Shown piece after piece: positions 1 through 5,947 of a stretch of 12,715 nucleotides of DNA. This DNA is from Bdellovibrionota bacterium FG-1 (lineage in GTDB: Bacteria > Bdellovibrionota > UBA1018), in assembly GCA_051382295.1 (NCBI GenBank), contig JBBCAW010000121.1, positions 1-12,715 of the forward strand. The letters run 5' to 3'. The position numbers and the translations under genes are program-made. Positions within the stretch are counted from its first letter, which is position 1; each line of letters opens with the position of its first letter. The notes beneath the pieces are model-generated. The model saw only the letters and a program-made list of their open reading frames with translations, was not told the DNA's origin and searched no databases.

Positions 1-2
1 GC

Positions 3-581
3 CGGTCGACTCGCATGGGCCAGGATAAAGCCCAGCTGATGTGGGGAGCCGAGCGGCTTTTGGATCGACAGATTCGTGTTTTGGCCGAGGCGCTTCAGTG
101 TGGCCGTGATTCGATTTGGGTGAGTGGTTCGGTGGTGGGATATCGATTTATTGAGGACCAAAATCCAGGGTTAGGGCCGATTGAGGGCCTGCGTTCAGTC
201 GTACACGGCCTGAGTGCCCTGGGCGTTCTGTTTGATCGACTTTTGTTGTTGCCCGTGGACATGCCTGGGGTTTCAGTCGAACTGCTGGTTCGATTGTGTG
301 AGGAGGCGGGGGACTCGGAAGACGCCGATCTTGCGTCGTTTATGGGATTCGAGTTGCCGCTTTTGGTATCGCGCAGCGCAACTGTGATCGAGGCGATCGA
401 AAGGTTAAATCAGCCGGAGGTGGAATCCAGACACCGGTCCTTTCGGGAATTGAAGAAGCAAGTTTCTGCCAAGGAAATGGATGTTGATCCAGATGAGATG
501 AGTTGCTTTGCGAATATCAATACGCCTATGGATATGGTGAAGAGCGCTCATCGGCTCCGATCAAATAAAGATGTGGTTTGA
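3..581 (+). CDS. mobA: Molybdenum cofactor guanylyltransferase (5'-truncated by window edge)
   Basis: The frame is open from nt 3 and reads RSTR-MGQDKAQL, the tail of the LAGGxSxRMGxDKA motif, so the true start is upstream of the window and ATG 15 is internal. Also has DxxPGLGPIEGL, LLLPVDMP and C-terminal FANINTPxD motifs. Confidence 0.92.
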   Translation, partial: RSTRMGQDKAQLMWGAERLLDRQIRVLAEALQCGRDSIWVSGSVVGYRFIEDQNPGLGPIEGLRSVVHGLSALGVLFDRLLLLPVDMPGVSVELLVRLCEEAGDSEDADLASFMGFELPLLVSRSATVIEAIERLNQPEVESRHRSFRELKKQVSAKEMDVDPDEMSCFANINTPMDMVKSAHRLRSNKDVV

Positions 582-600
582 ACGGTCTTAAATTTTAATC

Positions 601-640
601 TTCCTAAAAACCCATAATGCTGGTATGATTTTACCAGTAT
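601..640 (+). promoter_or_regulatory. Sigma70-type promoter with overlapping palindromic operator for the TA pair
   Basis: Extended -10 TGgTATGAT (621-629), weak -35 TTCCTA (601-606) at 17-nt spacing, and inverted repeat CTGGTA-N6-TACCAG (620-637). ATG 639 follows with no Shine-Dalgarno. Confidence 0.65.
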
Positions 641-929
641 GAAAGCAGTTTTGCGGATTCATCACAAGCTTAAGTTGCAAGATCGCTTTACCGTGGAAAT
701 AACAATCCATGAGGTGGTTGCTTCAGAACGATACCGCGACGGGGTGAAATACGGCTTAATTTGCATAGATGAGCAAACCAAGGCTCGAGTCTTGTTTGAT
801 AATCATCACCCCAAAGGACCGCACATTCATTTGGATAGGGCGGAGCAGAGTTATACGTTCCTCAATGAAGAACAGTTGATCGCTGATTTCAAAAAAATGG
901 TGTTGGAGAAAATGGGAGTAAAGTTATGA
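639..929 (+). CDS. DUF6516 / TumE-family putative toxin
   Basis: 96 aa with YxDGVKYGL and VLFDNHHPKGPHIH motifs typical of DUF6516; ATGA overlap with the downstream HTH gene. Confidence 0.8.
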   Translation: MKAVLRIHHKLKLQDRFTVEITIHEVVASERYRDGVKYGLICIDEQTKARVLFDNHHPKGPHIHLDRAEQSYTFLNEEQLIADFKKMVLEKMGVKL

Positions 930-1294
930 AAACGCTAGTGATTTCTTTAAAAACCTCAACTGAGGTACTCAGTGATTTTGTGCGTGCGTACAAAGCCGTG
1001 AAGAGGCGGAAACTGGAAGGTTCGCACTATGAGGTTTCGTTCGACAATAAGCGTGATTTTGATCGTTTTGTGAAAAATATTGGGATTCTTTCTCAAATTT
1101 TGGTGCTCAAACCTAAGTCGATCTATGAGCTTTCCAAGTTTGCAAAGATGGATCTCTCCAACCTCAATAAAATCATTCTCTTTTTTGAAGAAGTTGGAGC
1201 AATTCAAATTAAGAAGGGCAAGGTCGACGGCAGAGAGGTTAAAAAGCCGATAGTGCCCTATGATCAGATCCAGTTTAATCTAAGAGCTGCATAA
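926..1294 (+). CDS. HVO_A0114-like / MarR-type winged-helix protein, putative antitoxin
   Basis: 122 aa; PKSIYELSKFAKMDLSNLNKIILFFEEVG HTH segment and C-terminal KPIVPYDQIQF, the usual partner of DUF6516 genes. Confidence 0.8.
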   Translation: MKTLVISLKTSTEVLSDFVRAYKAVKRRKLEGSHYEVSFDNKRDFDRFVKNIGILSQILVLKPKSIYELSKFAKMDLSNLNKIILFFEEVGAIQIKKGKVDGREVKKPIVPYDQIQFNLRAA

Positions 1295-1327
1295 TTCTAT
1301 CGTCCACTCGGCTGTTCCGTTGTGCGA

Positions 1328-1499
1328 TTAGCCCGAGAGCGCCATCGCTACAATTCTGGGAGCGCCGGCCCACAGTGAAGGCTGTGGGTTGAACAACCTC
1401 AGGTACAAAAGCGTATCTCGCGCAATGCTTTGACTCAGGCGGTGAGGTCGGCACAGAAGGCAAGGCCGGACGCGCACCAACTGAAGCTGGTCGGGCTGA
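1328..1499. ncRNA. Candidate structured RNA or repeat element (long rod with central bubble, 6S-like topology), unassigned
   Basis: Nested complementary segments found by hand: 1330-1336/1491-1497, 1351-1355/1479-1483, 1362-1370/1464-1473, 1394-1401/1443-1450, 1408-1412/1427-1431, plus local hairpin 1369-1388. Confidence 0.35.
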
Positions 1500-1505
1500 A
1501 TAAGT

Positions 1506-2567
1506 TTATGGACCAGACCAGTCCAAAATGCCTCGTGCAAGATGGCTGAGCTTCTTGAATCCTTGGGTCTTAAGTATTTCTAGGGCCCGCGCCGAACGAA
1601 CTCCAGCGTGGCAGTACAAAACCATCGCTTTTTCACGATCGAGAGGGATGGGTGGTTGTTGGCCGGTTTGGATCTGCGATAGGGGCCAGTGAATCGCACC
1701 TGGAATATGGCCTCGAAGCCACTCATCGAGTTCACGCACATCAATCAGTATGGGCTGTTCACCGTGGACAGCGAGTGGATCGCCACAAGAGGGAGGATCG
1801 CATTCGAGCCGGACGTCTTGGGGGGCTTTCGAACATACCGAGCAATCGACGCGCTTTTTTACGGTAAAAGGGTCAAAACTCATATTCAAGGCGTCCCAGA
1901 CCATGAGCTGGCCGACCCTGAGGTGCAGTGGGTGACTCGGACTATTTTTGGAAACTAAAAATCGAATCGTCAAAAGGGCCTGCATGGAGCCGATGACGCC
2001 GGCCACTGGGCCTAGAATGCCGGACTCCGCGCAATTGGGAATCCAAGTTTTCGGTTTTTCTGGAAAAAGGCAGCGATAGCAGGGCCCCTCGTGCCCGTTA
2101 AATAAGGCGACCTGACCTTCAAAGCGTTGAATCGAGCCGTAGATGACCGGGATTCCAGCCTTGTAGGCGGCGTCGTTGATGAGGTATTTGGCCGAAAAAT
2201 TGTCGGTTCCATCGATGACTAGGTCAAAAGATTGAAAAAGCGACAACGCGTTTTGAGAATCGAGCGCGAACGGAAAGGATCGAATTTTTATCTCGGGATT
2301 GAGATCCCGAAGTCTTCGTTCTGCACATTGGGTTTTGGCTTGTCCGTCATCAGAACTTCCAAAGAGAATCTGCCTCTGAAGATTGCTGATGCGCACTCGG
2401 TCGGGATCCATGAGGCCAATTTCACCCAAGCCCGCAGCGGCGAGATAAAGTGCCGCAGGCGAACCCAGTCCGCCCACCCCCACGCAAAGAACCCTAGAAG
2501 CTCCAAGCCGGGCTTGGCCTTCCGGGCCGATTTCTTTGAGGATGGTTTGGCGAGAATAGCGAGGCAT
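1506..2567 (-). CDS. moeB: MoeB/ThiF-family adenylyltransferase with C-terminal rhodanese domain (MoeZ/MoeBR type)
   Basis: RYSRQ, GVGGLGSPAALYLAAAG nucleotide loop, SNLQRQ, zinc CxxC pairs (CYRC, CSVC), NCAESGILGP; rhodanese IDVRE..EW..GHIPGA with active-site loop YCHAGVRS. Confidence 0.93.
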   Translation of the reverse strand: MPRYSRQTILKEIGPEGQARLGASRVLCVGVGGLGSPAALYLAAAGLGEIGLMDPDRVRISNLQRQILFGSSDDGQAKTQCAERRLRDLNPEIKIRSFPFALDSQNALSLFQSFDLVIDGTDNFSAKYLINDAAYKAGIPVIYGSIQRFEGQVALFNGHEGPCYRCLFPEKPKTWIPNCAESGILGPVAGVIGSMQALLTIRFLVSKNSPSHPLHLRVGQLMVWDALNMSFDPFTVKKRVDCSVCSKAPQDVRLECDPPSCGDPLAVHGEQPILIDVRELDEWLRGHIPGAIHWPLSQIQTGQQPPIPLDREKAMVLYCHAGVRSARALEILKTQGFKKLSHLARGILDWSGP

Positions 2568-2632
2568 ATTTTGCCTTTTCTATCGCAAAAGTCGAAAGTA
2601 AAATAGTATGATTCTGAAAAGGGGTTCTATTC
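2568..2632. promoter_or_regulatory. Divergent promoter region between moeB and the MCP gene
   Basis: AT-rich 65 nt; palindrome TTTTGC-N10-GCAAAA (2569-2590); -10-like TATGAT (2607-2612) with TCGCAA (2583-2588) at 18-nt spacing; AAGGGG RBS before ATG 2633. Confidence 0.45.
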
Positions 2633-4633
2633 ATGCTTGAAAGACGATCGTTGGGCGAAAAACTGTCCTTTATTTTGTTGTTTTTCGGTTTTTTGGCGGC
2701 GATTTTTTGTCTGAGTTGGGTTCACCAAATGTGGGTCAATCGACAGCATTTGACTGCTGCCCGGCTGTTTAATGACTTGGCCGATGATGTCATTCAGGCC
2801 ACGGTCCAAAACGTCGTTGAACGGGGTGCGACGAATGTCTTTTTGTCATCCCAGGGCGCGCCTCCCCCAGAGCTTGTGGCCAAAATCGAGAATGCTCGAA
2901 AACTGGGGGATGCCGCATTTTTGAAGGAAGGGCAGCTTTTTCCGAAATTAGAGGCCCTTCAGGGCATCAATAGCCGCCTTGAACTTGCAGAAAAAAACCT
3001 AAAAGAGATTCGCGGTCGTTTCGAAACGCTCAGGCAAAAAGTGGATTCTGACCTCCATTCAGGGCAGCGCTCGGTGGTTTCCAAGGAGTGGGTCGAAACT
3101 GCTACGGCTATGATTGAAGCTCAAACGGAGGCCCGACTCGCCGCCGTGTTTCCCGTGACGGTCAATGAGTCAGCGATCGTCGTCAATTTACAAATCAAGC
3201 ACTTGCTCTGGACCGCCGCGGAGTTTTCAGGGCGAGAACGCGCCTTGCTGGGCTCGTTTGTGGCTTCCTCAAAGCCGATTTCGCCCGAAAGTCTGCAGAA
3301 TCTCCATTCGTGGCGGTTTATGGTTGAGCGGGCCTTGAAAGAGGTGGTCGAGTACCGCAGCAGTCTTGAAAATAATCCGGAATTTGTAAAAGCCTTGGGT
3401 CAGCTTGAGTTGGAGTTTTTGGGGAAGTGGCAAAAAAGACGGCTAGAGGTGCTGTTGGCTGCTACTGAAGGGCATTATCCGCTGACCGGGGCTCAATGGA
3501 TGACCGAGGCGACTCAAGCGATCGAAAGTATTTTGGCGGTTTCGGATGTGGTTTCAAGGGAATTGGCCAGCAGGATCGTACGAGATGAGCGCTGGGCCTG
3601 GGGCAAGGCCAGTGGTGCAGCGCTCATGTTTTTGGTCCTTTTGGGTGTTTTGGCGGGCAGTGTTTGGTATCTCAGAACCCGGGTAAATGAGCGCGTCAAC
3701 TTCTTGATTGAATGCATGAAGGAAAGTGGGGACCAGGCACGTTTGGCTTCCGATCAGGTTGCCGCAGCTGCGCAAGCGCTTTCGGAGGCCAATGTTGAGC
3801 AAGCAGCGGCGATCGTGGAAACTGCGGCGAGCGTGACGGAGGTGACTTCGATGATCAAGACCACCGCCGCCAATGCCGAGGAATCGACGATTATGGCCAC
3901 TAAGGCCAATGAGTCTGCGGTCTTGGGTGCGGCTTCAGCCGGGGAAATGTCGAAGGCGATGGTCGCTATCGAAAAAAGTTATGAGCTCATCACTCAGCAG
4001 ATGGCCGCTGGAAATGCGGAGATTAACGAGATTGGTAAATTGATCCAGACCATTGGGGATAAGACTAAGGTGATTAACGACATTGTTTTTCAAACCAAAC
4101 TTTTGTCATTTAATGCTTCGGTCGAAGCCGCCCGTGCGGGTGAGCATGGGAGAGAATTTGCCATCGTCGCCGAAGAGGTGGGAAAGCTTGCGGCCATGAG
4201 TGGCGCGGCGGCCCAAGAAATCAGAACTCTGTTGGATGAAAGTATCAAGAAGGTCCAAGGGATGGTGGCGCAATCTCGGCAGCGAGTCGAACAGGTGACC
4301 GCTTTAGGGAAAAGTACGGTGGGTGATGGCGTTAAAAGTACGGATAAAGTGACGGCCATTCTCGGATCCATCGAAGTTTTGGTGTCGACCACCTTGGATA
4401 TGGCCAAAGAAATCTCTCATGCCAATGAAGAGCAATCCAAGGGGATGGATCAAATCAGCAAGGCGATGGGGCAATTGGATGCGGCTACCCAGCAAAATGC
4501 CGCAACATCCGGACAGGCTGCTGAGGCCGCCCGTGGCTTGTCCAAGCAAGCCGTTGATTTGAAAAATGCGACTCAAAGCTTAAATGAATTACTCATGGGA
4601 AGCTCCACAGAGATCGAAAGTCCAGAAGCCTAA
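2633..4633 (+). CDS. Methyl-accepting chemotaxis protein with periplasmic NIT (nitrate/nitrite-sensing) domain
   Basis: Two TM helices flank an all-helical domain with NIT-type motifs VERGATNVFL and EFSGRERALL. The cytoplasmic signalling domain has INDIVFQTKLLSFNASVEAARAGEHG and methylation-helix motifs EEQSKG, TQQNAA. No obvious HAMP domain. Confidence 0.9.
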   Translation: MLERRSLGEKLSFILLFFGFLAAIFCLSWVHQMWVNRQHLTAARLFNDLADDVIQATVQNVVERGATNVFLSSQGAPPPELVAKIENARKLGDAAFLKEGQLFPKLEALQGINSRLELAEKNLKEIRGRFETLRQKVDSDLHSGQRSVVSKEWVETATAMIEAQTEARLAAVFPVTVNESAIVVNLQIKHLLWTAAEFSGRERALLGSFVASSKPISPESLQNLHSWRFMVERALKEVVEYRSSLENNPEFVKALGQLELEFLGKWQKRRLEVLLAATEGHYPLTGAQWMTEATQAIESILAVSDVVSRELASRIVRDERWAWGKASGAALMFLVLLGVLAGSVWYLRTRVNERVNFLIECMKESGDQARLASDQVAAAAQALSEANVEQAAAIVETAASVTEVTSMIKTTAANAEESTIMATKANESAVLGAASAGEMSKAMVAIEKSYELITQQMAAGNAEINEIGKLIQTIGDKTKVINDIVFQTKLLSFNASVEAARAGEHGREFAIVAEEVGKLAAMSGAAAQEIRTLLDESIKKVQGMVAQSRQRVEQVTALGKSTVGDGVKSTDKVTAILGSIEVLVSTTLDMAKEISHANEEQSKGMDQISKAMGQLDAATQQNAATSGQAAEAARGLSKQAVDLKNATQSLNELLMGSSTEIESPEA

Positions 4634-5782
4634 GTGAAAAAACCATCTGTCTTTTTTGAATTAGGGTTTCGCCCGTTTTTTTTATTCGCCGCGCTGTTGA
4701 GTGTCGGGGCGATGAGCGTTTGGCTGGGCGTACTTTTTGGGCGTTTTCCCGCCCCTCACGCGCTTTTGCCGACGATTTGGCACGGTCACGAAATGATCTA
4801 TGGGGTCGCGGTGGCCGTCATTGGGGGGTTTGTGCTGACCGCCACTCAAAATTGGACTGGAATCCGAGGGGTCCATGGCTGGCGGCTCCAGTCCCTAGTG
4901 GGACTGTGGTTGGCGGCCCGCATTTTGTTGTTGGTTTTGCCGGCGCCCCATCCCGTCGCGATGGTGGTCGATCTGAGTTTTTATCCTTGTCTAGGATATT
5001 TACTCTTTCCCTATTTAAAAGATCCCGAGCTTAAAATCGAGCGGGTGTTTTTTCTCTATTTTGTGTTATTTTTCTCCGGCAATTTGCTCATTCATTTGGA
5101 TGCGTTGGGTTGGGTCCCCGGAGTCGCTCGCCCTGGACTGTTGCTCGGACTCTATACCGTGGTCGCCGTGATTGTTTTTATGGGTGGGCGCGTGATCCCG
5201 TTTTTTACCGAGAGTTCCATCGCCAAGGTGCAGCCGCGAACCTATCCAAGTTTAGAAGTGGCCAGTCATTTGTCGATGTGGAGTTTTTTGGCGACTCAAA
5301 TTTTGGCTTCCGAGTCCTCGGTCGCGGCAGGGGTTGCCTTCCTAGCAGCGGGTATTCACTTTTGGCGCCTGATAGGATGGCAGGTCAAGCGGGTGCGTCG
5401 GGTGCCCTTGGTCTGGGTTTTACACGTCGCTTATGGCTGGCTCGGCGTGGGTTTTTTACTTTCGGGACTGGCTTCGCTGCGGATCATTGCGCCCGCTTTG
5501 GCTGTGCATGCCCTGACGGTGGGCTGCCTGGGGGGGATGATCTACGGAATGATGGCGCGAGTCTCGTTAGGGCACACCGGCCGAAGACTCCATCCCAGTG
5601 TTTTGACGGTCGTGGGCTTTTGGTTCATTAACCTGGCGGCCGTGATTCGAGTTTTTGGGCCGATGATTTCGGGTGCTTTTTACCTAGGATCCATCGGCTT
5701 GAGCGGAACTTTATGGATCATCGCGTTTGCCCTTTTTGTCTGGCAATATGCGCCACTCCTTTTACGGCCGCGCTTAAACTAA
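4634..5782 (+). CDS. nnrS: NnrS family membrane protein (nitrosative-stress response)
   Basis: GFRPFFL, WHGHEMIYG, GFVLTATQNWTG, GRVIPFFT, HALTVG and MMARVSLGHTGR motifs; many TM segments; GTG start directly after the MCP stop (TAAGTG). Confidence 0.95.
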   Translation: MKKPSVFFELGFRPFFLFAALLSVGAMSVWLGVLFGRFPAPHALLPTIWHGHEMIYGVAVAVIGGFVLTATQNWTGIRGVHGWRLQSLVGLWLAARILLLVLPAPHPVAMVVDLSFYPCLGYLLFPYLKDPELKIERVFFLYFVLFFSGNLLIHLDALGWVPGVARPGLLLGLYTVVAVIVFMGGRVIPFFTESSIAKVQPRTYPSLEVASHLSMWSFLATQILASESSVAAGVAFLAAGIHFWRLIGWQVKRVRRVPLVWVLHVAYGWLGVGFLLSGLASLRIIAPALAVHALTVGCLGGMIYGMMARVSLGHTGRRLHPSVLTVVGFWFINLAAVIRVFGPMISGAFYLGSIGLSGTLWIIAFALFVWQYAPLLLRPRLN

Positions 5783-5818
5783 TTTAAACTAAGTTGTCAG
5801 CTATCAGCGTTCAGCTGA
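5773..5818. repeat. 10-bp tandem duplication followed by three heptamer-period repeats
   Basis: CTTAAACTAA/TTTAAACTAA (5773-5792); TCAGC at 5797, 5804 and 5811 (7-nt period). Confidence 0.6.
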
Positions 5819-5843
5819 GGCTCCTTGATCCCGCACCCACGTT

Positions 5844-5944
5844 AGGGGCTTCCGGTAAAAGTGAGGGGATCCGCGCGCGCAGGATGCGCTTTTTGCGCGG
5901 AGTCTAGGGATGGACGACCCCGACAGCTTTTACCGGGAGCCCCT
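5844..5944. repeat. REP/MITE-like inverted-repeat element with internal GGA-loop hairpins
   Basis: Arms AGGGGCTTCCGGTAAAAG (5844-5861) and CTTTTACCGGGAGCCCCT (5927-5944) are 17/18 complementary; internal stems 5865-5868/5918-5921, 5870-5876/5895-5901, 5877-5889 and 5902-5915. Confidence 0.75.
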
Positions 5945-5947
5945 GCT

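Noticed and set aside
15..17. ATG 15 as the mobA start
   Set aside because: It lies inside the conserved SxRMG motif; the frame is open to the window edge.
1295..1505. HDV-like ribozyme, Moco riboswitch or SRP RNA
   Set aside because: GGCCGGC..CCCAG resembles the HDV start but the P1-P2-P3-P1.1 order could not be built. No Moco or SRP signature motifs were seen, and the region lies 3' of both flanking genes.
1275..1540. Short minus-strand ORFs (62 and 70 aa) in the TA-moeB gap
   Set aside because: They overlap real genes, lack an RBS or recognisable motifs, and the region is better explained by nucleotide-level structure.
2568..2632. FNR/NnrR, ModE or sigma28 site upstream of MCP-nnrS
   Set aside because: No TTGAT-N4-ATCAA, no ModE-spaced dyad, and GTCGAAAG has no matching sigma28 -35 element.
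5110..5631. 173-aa alternative-frame ORF within nnrS, and similar shadow ORFs inside moeB, MCP, OPT, kinase and USP
   Set aside because: Fully nested in well-supported genes, with Arg/Gly/Ser-rich composition typical of off-frame translation and no domain motifs.
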